A DNA stretch of 40,619 nt from an uncultured bacterium (GCA_965602205.1 CBFCYQ010000001.1:1-40619); one strand, 5' to 3'. Positions 19,752 through 28,662 are shown, counted from the stretch's first letter. Numbers and translations are program-made. The notes: generated from the letters alone by a model not told the origin.

Positions 19752-19829
19752 CCGGTGACAGGATCCGGAGTGCGCGCGGCCCATAGACTCAACATCTGCT
19801 TGCCACGACCCCCGAAATGGCTTAAACTG

Positions 19830-20291
19830 ATGGTTATGAAACTCGGCGATATTTTCTCCAACTATTTCATGGTGCGGGGCCAACTGGTCGAGACCGTGAA
19901 GGGTCTGTCACAGGACCAGCTCGACTGGACCGCTTTGAACCATCCTAATTCAATCGGCAGTCTCCTACTGCACATCGCTGAGACCGAATGCTGGTGGGTA
20001 TCTTGTGTGGCGCTGGGCCGGCAGGATGAGGTTGACGAGCAGAAGTTCAGCCGTGGCCGGCCTTTGGAAGAAATACTCGAGTCGCTCGACAGCCAGCATC
20101 GCGAGTTCACCGAGTACCTTAACAGCGAAGATATTGACGATTGGGACGAGGTGTTTTACGAGGTGAAGGAGCATGATTTTAAGCTCTCCAAACGGGCCCT
20201 GGTCTGGCACGTGGTCGAGCACCAGGCCCGCCACCGCGGTCAGATCTTCATGCTGATGCGTATGCAGGGACTCGAGGTGCCCCATGTCTAA
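19830..20291 (+). CDS. DinB-family (four-helix-bundle, metal-binding) protein
   Basis: Contains LLLHIAETECWW and WHVVEHQARHRGQI, the His triad of the DinB/YfiT fold. I prefer the ATG at 19830 (MVMKLGDIF...). The track ORF from GTG 19755 adds 25 non-conserved-looking residues and would leave only 3 nt after the upstream stop. Confidence 0.75.
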   Translation: MVMKLGDIFSNYFMVRGQLVETVKGLSQDQLDWTALNHPNSIGSLLLHIAETECWWVSCVALGRQDEVDEQKFSRGRPLEEILESLDSQHREFTEYLNSEDIDDWDEVFYEVKEHDFKLSKRALVWHVVEHQARHRGQIFMLMRMQGLEVPHV

Positions 20292-21045
20292 GGCCAAGAA
20301 GATTCTGGTCACCAACGATGACGGCTGCTTTTCGGACGGCATCAACACGCTTTTCAAGGCTCTCGAAAAAAAGGCCGAGGTTTACATGGTGGCTCCCGAT
20401 CGCGAGCAGTCGGCGGCCTCGCATTCGCTTACCTTGAACCGTCCGCTGCGACTGCACGAGTTGGACAAGCGCCGATTTACCACCGACGGCACCCCGACGG
20501 ACTGCGTAATGCTGGCCGTCCACATGCTTTTCAAGGACAAAAGGCCCGACATGATAATCTCCGGTATAAATCACGGGGCCAATATGGGCGATGATGTAAC
20601 GTACTCGGGGACTGTCGCCGCGGCCATCGAGGGCTCGATTCTCGGCATTCCTTCGATGGCGGTCTCGATGGCGCAGTTTGAACCGGGTATGTCAATGACC
20701 AACGCCGCCAGGTTCATAGCCCGCCTGGTCGCGGCTTATGAACAGTTCGAATTATCGCCGGAGACGTTCCTGAACATCAACCTGCCGCACAACAATGGAA
20801 AGCCTTATGACAAATACGAGTTCACGTGCCTGGGGTTCAGGCATTATCGAGATATCATTATTCACAAGACGGACCCGAGAGGGAAACCATACTACTGGAT
20901 CGGCGGTCAGGCGAAGTGGAAGGCCCTTGAAGGCTCCGACTTCGACGCCGTGGAGAGAGGTGCGGTTTCAATAACACCCCTCCAACTCAGTTTCACTGAT
21001 TCCCGGAGCCTGGCGCGTCTGACGGCGGCCCGGTTAAAAGTCTGA
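20284..21045 (+). CDS. surE: 5'/3'-nucleotidase SurE
   Basis: 253 aa. KILVTNDDG..S.GI..L, VAPDREQSA.SHS.T, SGIN.G.N.G.DV.YSGTV.AA.EG. It overlaps the previous gene by 8 nt. Confidence 0.95.
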   Translation: MSKAKKILVTNDDGCFSDGINTLFKALEKKAEVYMVAPDREQSAASHSLTLNRPLRLHELDKRRFTTDGTPTDCVMLAVHMLFKDKRPDMIISGINHGANMGDDVTYSGTVAAAIEGSILGIPSMAVSMAQFEPGMSMTNAARFIARLVAAYEQFELSPETFLNINLPHNNGKPYDKYEFTCLGFRHYRDIIIHKTDPRGKPYYWIGGQAKWKALEGSDFDAVERGAVSITPLQLSFTDSRSLARLTAARLKV

Positions 21046-21144
21046 CGGAATCGGCCGATGAGTACAAACATATACCGGGTATCTACTCAACCGGCCGAGC
21101 GCGCAGGAGAGGAGACGCCCGTACATTGCGGCCGGATAAAAGTA

Positions 21145-21172
21145 TTGACATCGCCGGGAAAATGGGTATCAT
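21145..21172 (+). promoter_or_regulatory. putative sigma-70 promoter for tRNA-Pro(CGG)
   Basis: TTGACA (21145-21150), a 16-nt spacer, then TATCAT (21167-21172). This lies ~22 nt upstream of the mature tRNA 5' end. Confidence 0.55.
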
Positions 21173-21193
21173 GGTAGACCGAAACTTGTAAAT

Positions 21194-21267
21194 CGGGGCG
21201 TGGCGCAGGTTGGTAGCGCGCTTGGTTCGGGACTAAGAGGTCGCTGGTTCAAATCCAGTCGCCCCGA
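21194..21267 (+). tRNA. tRNA-Pro (anticodon CGG), no encoded CCA
   Basis: Hand-folded. Acceptor CGGGGCG/CGCCCCG (C1:G72), D arm GCGC/GCGC, anticodon arm CTTGG-TTCGGGA-CTAAG (G37), T arm GCTGG-TTCAAAT-CCAGT, discriminator A followed by a T-run. Confidence 0.9.
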
Positions 21268-21351
21268 TTTTTTTCTTTTCTCTTTGTTTTTGCTTGGCAG
21301 CAGTGACATCTAAGAACTCTTTATATCGATAGCTGAGAAAGGATAAAGGTA

Positions 21352-21825
21352 ATGGCGGTCGAGAGAAAGCCAGTAATTGCGGTAATTGGCGCCGGCAAGT
21401 GCTCAAAAAAACTGAGGGATATGGCTGCAACGGTGGGAAAGTATGTGGCCGAGCACGATGGCGTCGTCGTATGCGGCGGCATGGGGGGAATTATGGAGGG
21501 AGCCGCCAAGGGCGCGAAAGAGGCTGGCGGGGTCACGGTCGGTATCTTACCTACTGACAACCCAGGGGACGCCAACGAGTTTATCGATTTAGTCATTCCC
21601 ACGGGTTTCGGGGAAGCCAGGAATATCATGGTGATTCGGGCGGCTGATGCCGTTGTTGCCTTTCCCGGCAAGTACGGGACGCTGACGGAAATGGCCTTTG
21701 CCCTCCACGCCGGCAAGCCCGTCATATCCGTGAACGCCTGGCGCCTGGGTGACGAGATCATCCATGCCGAGGAGCCTATCGAAGCCGCTCGGCTGGCGAT
21801 GAAACACGCCAGAGGGGAGAAGTGA
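21352..21825 (+). CDS. TIGR00725-type LOG/SLOG-like Rossmann-fold protein
   Basis: 157 aa. VIAVIGAG, VVCGGMGGIMEGAAKGAKEAGG.TVGILP and FPGKYGTLTEMAFAL (a PGGxGTxxE-like motif) match the LOG/'lysine decarboxylase-like' superfamily. Confidence 0.8.
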   Translation: MAVERKPVIAVIGAGKCSKKLRDMAATVGKYVAEHDGVVVCGGMGGIMEGAAKGAKEAGGVTVGILPTDNPGDANEFIDLVIPTGFGEARNIMVIRAADAVVAFPGKYGTLTEMAFALHAGKPVISVNAWRLGDEIIHAEEPIEAARLAMKHARGEK

Positions 21826-22100
21826 ATCCGGCTTCTGCCACGATCAGAATCACTGGAAGAGTACAAGGGGTGGGCTTTCGTTATTTCTGCTACCGTCGCG
21901 GCGCAGCCTGCGGCCTGGCCGGGTGGGTTAGAAACGACCCTGATGGGGCTGTGTCCATATTGGCTGAGGGTGACCGGGCCGAAGTAGAAAAATACATCGA
22001 AGAATTGAAAATCGGCCCACCGGCCGCGGTGGTTGCTGATGTCGACGTCGACTGGCGGGAATTCTCCGGCCAACACTCCAGTTTTGAAATCCTCATGTAG
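21822..22100 (+). CDS. acyP: acylphosphatase
   Basis: 92 aa. I.GRVQGVGFRYF....A...GL.GWVRN..DG.V...AEG is the acylphosphatase signature. It overlaps the upstream gene by 4 nt. Confidence 0.92.
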   Translation: MNPASATIRITGRVQGVGFRYFCYRRGAACGLAGWVRNDPDGAVSILAEGDRAEVEKYIEELKIGPPAAVVADVDVDWREFSGQHSSFEILM

Positions 22101-22118
22101 CCAGGATAAAAGAGGAAT

Positions 22119-22643
22119 ATGGAAGACCTGAAGAAATATATCCGCGCCGTGCCCGATTTTCCGAAGCCGGGCATCAATTTCTACGATATCACTACCCTGT
22201 TGCAGAACCCGGTCGGGTTCAAGTCCGCCCTGGACCGTATGGAAGAATTCACCAGGTCCAAAGGCGCTGAGAAAATCATCTCAATCGAATCCCGCGGTTT
22301 CATATTTGGCGCTGTACTGGCCGACAGGCTGGGTATCGGTGTCACCATGGCCCGGAAACCCGGCAAACTGCCCTACAAGATCATCTCCGAAGGGTATGAT
22401 CTTGAGTACGGTTCGGCCGCGCTGGAACTGCACACGGATGCGGTCAAGCCGGGCGAGAGAGTAGTTATCGTCGATGACCTGATCGCTACGGGGGGAACTC
22501 TCAGGGCGGTCTGCAATATGGTCGAAAAGCTGGGCGGCCCGGTGGTGGGAATTTCGGCCGTGATTGATCTGTCGTTTCTGCCCTGGCGGAAAAAGCTCCA
22601 GGCTTACGACGTTGACTATCTGGTCTCATTCGACTCCGAGTAG
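22119..22643 (+). CDS. apt: adenine phosphoribosyltransferase
   Basis: 174 aa. I..VPDFPKPGI.F.DIT.LL..P, ES.RGFIFG and VVIVDDLIATGGT (PRPP loop). Confidence 0.96.
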   Translation: MEDLKKYIRAVPDFPKPGINFYDITTLLQNPVGFKSALDRMEEFTRSKGAEKIISIESRGFIFGAVLADRLGIGVTMARKPGKLPYKIISEGYDLEYGSAALELHTDAVKPGERVVIVDDLIATGGTLRAVCNMVEKLGGPVVGISAVIDLSFLPWRKKLQAYDVDYLVSFDSE

Positions 22644-22734
22644 TCACTTCGGGCCGGCCCGGTCTCACATTTGATTGCTTGACACGCCGTGCCCGGAGCA
22701 TAATTTATTGGTTTATATGCAATTATGCAGCCAT

Positions 22735-22808
22735 GCCCCCGTAGCTCAGTTGGATAGAGCATCGGTTTCCTAAACCGCAGGCCGCAGGTTCGACTCCTGC
22801 CGGGGGTA
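22735..22808 (+). tRNA. tRNA-Arg (anticodon CCU), no encoded CCA
   Basis: Hand-folded. Acceptor GCCCCCG/CGGGGGT (G1:U72 wobble), D arm GCTC-AGTTGGATA-GAGC, anticodon loop TTCCTAA on a 4-bp stem plus a U27/C43 mismatch, T arm GCAGG-TTCGACT-CCTGC, discriminator A. Confidence 0.8.
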
Positions 22809-22909
22809 TTAAATCAGTGTTGAAAACTGCGCTTTTGGTTAAACATAATCGTCCTCAACCAAGTCTTTTACAAGTAAGGAGATAGAGGCAAATAATTCAC
22901 CGAATTCGT

Positions 22910-22938
22910 TTGACAGCGAAGGCAAGTTGGCATATATT
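22910..22938 (+). promoter_or_regulatory. putative sigma-70 promoter of the outer-membrane barrel gene
   Basis: TTGACA (22910-22915), a 17-nt spacer, then TATATT (22933-22938). This lies ~70 nt upstream of the ATG at 23010, in an AT-rich spacer. Confidence 0.6.
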
Positions 22939-23009
22939 TGCTTCTTGTTTAATAACTGGTATTAGTTCCGTGTGATGGGTAAAGAACGTTTTTTCAAGGA
23001 GTTAATAGG

Positions 23010-24434
23010 ATGAAGCGGTCCTTCTTGGGAATCCTTGCTGTTATACTTTTTTCAGCCGTGTCAGTATCCGGGCAAACCTTCTTCGAGTCCGGTGAGACCT
23101 TTGAGACGTTTTATTTGAACTTTCTGGGCGGCGGGGCCCGTGCCGAGGGAATGGGTAGTGCCTTTATGGGCGTTTCTGACGATGTTACCGGCGGGACCTG
23201 GAATCCGGCCGGTCTTTACGAGATCGAGAAACCCATCCTGGGCTTCAGCTACGGCTCACTCGCCCCCAGGGGCAAGACTGAGGCGACGTTGAGGATTTTC
23301 GACGACGCCTTTTTCAAGTCCGAGGATCATTCCGGGTTCTTCGGCGGCGTGTCGTCGCTCAACTTCGTCGCGCCTCTGCGTATCAAGGGCCATCAATTCG
23401 TCGGTTCATTCTCGTACGTGAGAAACTACGACGAGTTTCAGAAGACGGACTGGGCCTACGACGTGCCCTTTATTACCACCGTTATTGACAACGTCGGCTC
23501 AATTGTACTTGATACCCTGACGCGCAAGTTCAGTGTCAACTCGCAGCTTGACGGGGGTATGAACTCGGTAAACTTCTCCGTCGGAACCAGAATCTACAAG
23601 AACGTGTCGTTCGGCATCAGCGCCAACATTTACACCGGCAAGACCATTCGCGATCAGAATACTTATACTATAGTAAGAAACACCACCGTTGATTACTTCA
23701 CGTTCCAGCGCGGTGATTGGGAGATGGTGGAGAACCTTATCGACACCAATAAGTTCTCGGGAGTCAATTTCAATATTGGCTTTAAGCTGAACGGCGATAA
23801 GCTTGATGCCGGGCTGGTGGTGAGGACGCCGTTCTCACTGGAAATAAAGACAGGCAGATCAATCTACGATTTCAATATAGTCAACGGCCTGGTCGAGAGT
23901 AACGGCACCGACACGACTTTTATCGATGATATCGTCACTAAATACGAGATGCCGCTTATGATCGGTTTCGGTGTCGGCTACCAGGCGAGCGAGAATCTCC
24001 TGTTGGCCTTCGACGCGGAGTATCGCGGTTTTGGTTCCACCAAGATCAAGTTCCGGGACAGCCTGGTAATCGATCCGGGTGGTGACAACAAGGAATTCCT
24101 GACCGAATTCGATCCCGACTATAATAATGTTATCCTCTTTCATGTCGGTGGTGAGTACAAGAGGGTGACAAGCTTCGGGACTATTCCCCTTCGCCTGGGA
24201 TTTAGATACGAACCGTTTCCTGCTCCAAGTCTTGATTTCGCCGGTGTGAATAAATCGACCCCGGTCGCCTACAGCCTGTCGGCAGGCACGGGAATCCACT
24301 GGGAGCAGATTCACTTCGACTGGGCTTATACCTATACCACCATCAACAAGGACGTCAACGCCCTGAACCAGGCGTTTTTTGAGTTGCAGAACCGAAATCA
24401 TCATCTGAACATGTCGTTTACCGGTTATTTCTAG
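23010..24434 (+). CDS. outer-membrane beta-barrel protein with a PorV/PorQ-like N-terminal motif
   Basis: 474 aa. Signal peptide MKRSFLGILAVILFSAVSVSGQ; alternating beta-strand pattern; C-terminal aromatic beta-signal ...NMSFTGYF. The N-terminal GGGARAEGMGSAFMGVSDDVTGGTWNPAGL resembles the PorV/PorQ (UPF0164-like) family motif. The exact family is not certain. Confidence 0.7.
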   Translation: MKRSFLGILAVILFSAVSVSGQTFFESGETFETFYLNFLGGGARAEGMGSAFMGVSDDVTGGTWNPAGLYEIEKPILGFSYGSLAPRGKTEATLRIFDDAFFKSEDHSGFFGGVSSLNFVAPLRIKGHQFVGSFSYVRNYDEFQKTDWAYDVPFITTVIDNVGSIVLDTLTRKFSVNSQLDGGMNSVNFSVGTRIYKNVSFGISANIYTGKTIRDQNTYTIVRNTTVDYFTFQRGDWEMVENLIDTNKFSGVNFNIGFKLNGDKLDAGLVVRTPFSLEIKTGRSIYDFNIVNGLVESNGTDTTFIDDIVTKYEMPLMIGFGVGYQASENLLLAFDAEYRGFGSTKIKFRDSLVIDPGGDNKEFLTEFDPDYNNVILFHVGGEYKRVTSFGTIPLRLGFRYEPFPAPSLDFAGVNKSTPVAYSLSAGTGIHWEQIHFDWAYTYTTINKDVNALNQAFFELQNRNHHLNMSFTGYF

Positions 24435-24483
24435 TGGGGGCCGGACGAAGTATAACAGGATCTTAAGGCGATTTGATATTCAG

Positions 24484-24514
24484 GTCGGGCGGCATTAACC
24501 TGCCGCCCGACTTT
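24484..24514 (+). terminator. putative terminator hairpin
   Basis: Perfect 11-bp GC-rich stem GTCGGGCGGCA / TGCCGCCCGAC with a 6-nt loop, 50 nt after the stop. It is followed only by TTT, so the U-tract is weak. Confidence 0.5.
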
Positions 24515-24560
24515 GCCGATACCGAGATTGGCATGACGAATTGTCTTATGGGAGAGAAGG

Positions 24561-25235
24561 ATGTACAATAAAGTCAAGTTAACGAAACGCCAGATAAAAG
24601 AAGATAAATTCACCACTTTCATGCTCAGTTCCAAGCAGCAGGTGCTGGAGAACTGGCAGTACCTTGTCATGGGGGTTATCGTCGTCGTGCTGGTGATCGT
24701 GGCGGCGGTCTATTATCTTAATTCGCAGGCGACGCGGACGCTTGAAGCCGGGTTAAACTATAACCGGGCTGTCCAGGAATATCGCAACGGTCAGAACCAG
24801 GTGGCGGTAGCGTCTCTTGCCCAAATTCTCGAGAAGTACAGCGGTGAAAAAGTAGAGGGTCAGGCCACCTTTATGCTTGGAAAAGTCAACTACGAGTTGC
24901 GCAATTACGTGGAGGCTATTCGGTACTACGAGATGTACCTGGCGAAGTTCCAGGGCAGGCCGTTCGTCCGCTGTGCCGCCCACGCCGGAGTTGGCGCCTG
25001 CTACGAGAACCAGGCCAGTTTCTTGCAGGCGGCTGATGCCTTCGTCCGAGCCTACGAAGAAGATCCCGAGAGTCCCCTGGCCGGAAACTACCTGGCGGCG
25101 GCCATGCGCAACTACCTTCAGGTGGGTGATATTGACAAAGCGAAAGTGCAACTTGACCTGCTCGAAAAAGACTTCGGCAACACGGATGTAGCCCGGACGG
25201 CCATCCGCCTGTTCAGCGAGAAGACCCAGGGCTGA
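24561..25235 (+). CDS. membrane-anchored tetratricopeptide-repeat protein (YfgM/YbgF-like architecture)
   Basis: 224 aa. A basic N-terminus, one TM (LVMGVIVVVLVIVAAVYYL), then TPR-like helices (A.FMLGKVNYELRNYVEAIRYYE.YL; AG.YLAAAMRNYLQVGDIDKA). Confidence 0.7.
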   Translation: MYNKVKLTKRQIKEDKFTTFMLSSKQQVLENWQYLVMGVIVVVLVIVAAVYYLNSQATRTLEAGLNYNRAVQEYRNGQNQVAVASLAQILEKYSGEKVEGQATFMLGKVNYELRNYVEAIRYYEMYLAKFQGRPFVRCAAHAGVGACYENQASFLQAADAFVRAYEEDPESPLAGNYLAAAMRNYLQVGDIDKAKVQLDLLEKDFGNTDVARTAIRLFSEKTQG

Positions 25236-25262
25236 ACTACCTCTAAATAAGAGGCACAATCT

Positions 25263-27392
25263 TTGTCAGATTCAAGACCGCTGAGGCTGGCGATCCTCTG
25301 GCACATGCACCAGCCCGATTACCAGGAACCCAACACCAATAAGATGGTCATGCCCTGGGTGCGCCTGCACGCTGTCAAAGACTATCTTGATATGCCGCTG
25401 ATGTCGGCCCGTTTTGAAAACGTCCGGACGACATTCAATCTGGTTCCGTCACTTCTGGATCAGTTGGGAGCTTATGCTGACGGGGCCACGGATCCACACC
25501 TGGAGCTTTCGCGTTTAAATGCCGAACAACTCACCGATTTGCAGAGGCGGGAGATTCTCAACAGCTTCTTTGCGGCCAACCCGGCCAACATGATCAGACC
25601 GTTTCCCCGGTACAACGAGCTGTACCGGAAGGTGAAGGCCGGCTCGGATAAGGATGTCATTCCCGCCCTGTTTACTTCATCGGAACTGCGCGATCTACAG
25701 GTGTGGTCTAATCTCGTCTGGACGGACCCGACGTTCCGCGACGAGGAGCCGATCAAATCCCTTTTTGCTAAAAGTAAGAACTTCTCCGAGGAGGATAAGC
25801 AACGCCTGCTTGACTGGCAGCTCGATCTTATTAAACGGGTTGTTGCCACCTATGTCGAGTTGTTCCGTGAGGACAAAATCGATGTTTCCTTCACGCCCTA
25901 TTATCATCCGATTCTGCCACTGCTGTGTGATACCGACGTCGCCAGGGAAGCTCTCCCCAGGATCGACCTGCCCCAGCGGCGTTTCCGCCATCCCGAAGAT
26001 GCTGAGAGACAAATCGAAATGTCGATGAAGAAATTCGAGGATCTTTTCGGCCGCAAAATGGCGGGCATGTGGCCTTCGGAGGGTTCGGTTTCCGAGGAAG
26101 TAGCCGAAATCTGCATCAAAAAGGGCATCCGGTGGATAGCCACCGATGAAGATATCCTCTCTAACTCTCTTACGAAATCCGGGTTGGATCGCAAGGTTAA
26201 TCCGCTGCATACCGTATACGAGTACGGCCCCGGTATCAAAATACTCTTCCGTGACCGGGCCCTGTCCGATCGGATCGGCTTTGTCTATTCCGGTTGGCCG
26301 GCCGACCGGGCCGTGGCCGATTTTGTCTCTCATTTGAAAAATCTGCGCCGCCTTCTCCTTGACAGAATCGATGAGGTGGTGGTCCCGGTTATTCTCGACG
26401 GCGAGAATGCCTGGGAGTATTTCCCGGATGATGCCGGTGAGTTTTTGCAGGCCTTTTACCAGGCATTGAACGACGACCCGGAGATCCGGACGGTGACGGT
26501 GACCGAGGCGGTTGATACCGTGAAAGCCCGTCCGCTCAGTGCTCTTTTCGCCGGGTCGTGGATAAACCACAATTTCAGAATCTGGATTGGCCACGCCGAG
26601 GACAACGCGGCCTGGGACCTGCTGAGCAAGACACGTGACGCGCTTGTCACTTTCGAAAGAGAGCATCCGGAATACGATTCCGCCGCCATCCAGAAGGCCT
26701 GGAGGCAGATTTACAAGGCCGAGGGGTCTGATTGGTGCTGGTGGTATGGCGACGAGCATCGGGGTCCGCACAACCAGAAGTTTGACAGTATTTATCGCAG
26801 CCACCTGACTGCGGTCTATGAGCTTTTGGGTCTTGAGGCGCCGGTGGAGCTGCTTAATCCGATTTATCAGAGCGGGGCCGGGCTCAAAGCCGTCCTGCCC
26901 GAGGCGTTACTCACCCCGGAAATAGACGGCCGGCTGACCCACTTCTACGAGTGGACCGGTTCAGGGTATTTTGACTGCCTCAAAGCCGGTGGTTCCATGC
27001 ACCGTATGGAGCGGCATATAGCTTCGGTATACTTTGCCTACGACCACGACCGGGTTTATATTCGGCTTGACTTAATAGATAAGAAAGCCATAGAATTACT
27101 GAATAAGGGCCGGTTGTTGATTACCTTTTTTACTCCGGAGAGGCTGGAGATTGAGCTTTCTCCGGGCAGGGATGAAGAAGCGGGTGAAAGCACCAGAGGT
27201 TATCATTACTGCCTTCGCGAAATCCTGGAGTTTGCGGTTGACAGGCCAGTGCTGTGGCCGGATGGATTCGGCACACTGGGGTTTACCGTGACTCTGTATG
27301 AAGGTGATGCAAGGATAGAGAGCTGGCCCGAAAGTGAACCGATCCGATTCGAGGTGGCCCAGAAGGACCGCGAGCTTTTCTGGCCATCGTAA
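25263..27392 (+). CDS. glycoside hydrolase family 57 protein (alpha-amylase / 4-alpha-glucanotransferase-like)
   Basis: 709 aa with a TTG start. It has the GH57 N-terminal signature LAILWHMHQPDY...VRLHAVKDYLDM, then WPSEGSVS, and EGSDWCWWYG in the C-terminal DUF1925/1926-like region. Confidence 0.88.
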   Translation: MSDSRPLRLAILWHMHQPDYQEPNTNKMVMPWVRLHAVKDYLDMPLMSARFENVRTTFNLVPSLLDQLGAYADGATDPHLELSRLNAEQLTDLQRREILNSFFAANPANMIRPFPRYNELYRKVKAGSDKDVIPALFTSSELRDLQVWSNLVWTDPTFRDEEPIKSLFAKSKNFSEEDKQRLLDWQLDLIKRVVATYVELFREDKIDVSFTPYYHPILPLLCDTDVAREALPRIDLPQRRFRHPEDAERQIEMSMKKFEDLFGRKMAGMWPSEGSVSEEVAEICIKKGIRWIATDEDILSNSLTKSGLDRKVNPLHTVYEYGPGIKILFRDRALSDRIGFVYSGWPADRAVADFVSHLKNLRRLLLDRIDEVVVPVILDGENAWEYFPDDAGEFLQAFYQALNDDPEIRTVTVTEAVDTVKARPLSALFAGSWINHNFRIWIGHAEDNAAWDLLSKTRDALVTFEREHPEYDSAAIQKAWRQIYKAEGSDWCWWYGDEHRGPHNQKFDSIYRSHLTAVYELLGLEAPVELLNPIYQSGAGLKAVLPEALLTPEIDGRLTHFYEWTGSGYFDCLKAGGSMHRMERHIASVYFAYDHDRVYIRLDLIDKKAIELLNKGRLLITFFTPERLEIELSPGRDEEAGESTRGYHYCLREILEFAVDRPVLWPDGFGTLGFTVTLYEGDARIESWPESEPIRFEVAQKDRELFWPS

Positions 27393-27398
27393 TAGTCA

Positions 27399-27839
27399 AT
27401 GAACCGAATTCCGGGAGGAGACGTGACCGATTCCTTCTTCAAAAACGACCCTGATGACAAGCCTTCGGAGCACATACCTGATCTCGACGGCGAGAGCGGC
27501 GATGCCTCTTCGCCGAAAGCGGACAGCCAGGAAAGTTTTGTGACCCAGGAGGGACGCATGGCGGCTATCATGGCATATATTCCGCTGCTTTGCTTCGTGC
27601 CCCTGCTGAGCATGAAAGATAACAAAGAGGCGCATTTCCATGCCCGGCAGGGCGTACTTCTGTTTTTGATCGAAGTGGTCGCCGCCATTTTTCTGATCGA
27701 CGGTATATCCAGCTTCATCTTTAAAGGGATACTCCTGATTGCGGTGGCCCTGTCCATCGTCGGTATCTACTTTGCGCTCCAGGGGAAGAACTACAAGCTG
27801 CCGATAATCGGAGACCTGGCCGACAAAACCAAGCTGTAG
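27399..27839 (+). CDS. small integral membrane protein (DUF4870-like)
   Basis: 146 aa. An acidic N-terminal region, then AAIMAYIPLLCFVPLL...EAHFHARQGVLLFLIEVV and two further hydrophobic helices. This pattern is typical of DUF4870-type proteins. Confidence 0.65.
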   Translation: MNRIPGGDVTDSFFKNDPDDKPSEHIPDLDGESGDASSPKADSQESFVTQEGRMAAIMAYIPLLCFVPLLSMKDNKEAHFHARQGVLLFLIEVVAAIFLIDGISSFIFKGILLIAVALSIVGIYFALQGKNYKLPIIGDLADKTKL

Positions 27840-27846
27840 CGGTCAA

Positions 27847-28662
27847 ATGAGAAGTCGTGCTTACACTTTGGCAGGTGCCATGCTGTTGCTGGTTTCGTGT
27901 GCCACGACCGGTCCCGGCGGTAAGAAATCGTTCATTCTGATTCCAAGCAGCCAGGAAGTGAGCATCGGGGCCGGGATGGCCGACCAGATCCAGAAGACGG
28001 AGACGGAACTGGCCGACCCCGTCTGGCAGGCTTACATTAACGAAGTGGGTCAGAAAATCGTGAAGGTCTGTGACCGTCGCGACATCAGTTACCGTTTTGC
28101 GGTTATCGAGTCCGACCAGGTCAATGCTTTTGCCGCACCGGGGGGCTACATCTATTTCTATACCGGCCTGCTTCGCGAGATGCACAGTGAGGCGGAGATG
28201 GCTGCTGTTATAGCGCATGAGATTTCTCACGTGGTCGCGCGGCATGGAATCAAGCAATTGCAGAAGGCCATGGGCGTATCATTGGCCTACGAACTGGCCT
28301 TCGGCGGCGAGGGAGCCGGCAAAGCACTTGACGCCGCCATCGGACTTGGAATGGGGTTCATCTTCGCCGGTTATTCCCGCGGCGCCGAGCGCGAGGCCGA
28401 CAACTTCGGCATACATTACATGGTCAAGGCGGGGTACCACCCTGACGGAGTTCTCCGGATGTTCGAGACGCTGGCAACGCTTGGCGGCGGCGGAGCGGCG
28501 AACATTTTCGAGAAACTGTCAATGTCACACCCGGAGACCCAGGAGCGTATCGCCAACGCCCGGCGGGACATCGAGGAGATGAAGCCCCTGCCGACCGGTC
28601 TTTCGATGGGGGCGCAGCGATATCAAGAAATGCTGAAGCGCCTTCCCTCCAAGGGTAACTGA
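27847..28662 (+). CDS. M48-family zinc metalloprotease, probable lipoprotein
   Basis: 271 aa. Lipobox LLLVSC; NAFA.PGGYIY..TGLL; HExxH motif AHEISHVVARHG; distal ligand region EREAD.FG. Confidence 0.9.
   Translation: MRSRAYTLAGAMLLLVSCATTGPGGKKSFILIPSSQEVSIGAGMADQIQKTETELADPVWQAYINEVGQKIVKVCDRRDISYRFAVIESDQVNAFAAPGGYIYFYTGLLREMHSEAEMAAVIAHEISHVVARHGIKQLQKAMGVSLAYELAFGGEGAGKALDAAIGLGMGFIFAGYSRGAEREADNFGIHYMVKAGYHPDGVLRMFETLATLGGGGAANIFEKLSMSHPETQERIANARRDIEEMKPLPTGLSMGAQRYQEMLKRLPSKGN

Noticed and set aside
18910-21267. A 2.3-kb segment bracketed by two tRNA-Pro genes (GT2, DinB, surE) as a possible integrated island.
   Set aside because: There is no integrase, no direct repeat of a tRNA 3' end, and no compositional break visible by eye. 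The two tRNAs are different isoacceptors, and the genes are ordinary housekeeping or accessory functions.
22927-22941. Sigma-54-like TGGCATATATTTGCT upstream of the 474-aa barrel gene.
   Set aside because: GG and GC are separated by 9 nt rather than the required 10. The same DNA is better explained as the spacer and -10 of a good sigma-70 promoter (TTGACA-N17-TATATT).
24528-24545. Sigma-54-like TTGGCATGACGAATTGTC upstream of the TPR gene.
   Set aside because: The -12 element reads TTGT rather than TTGC, and the spacing is off by one.
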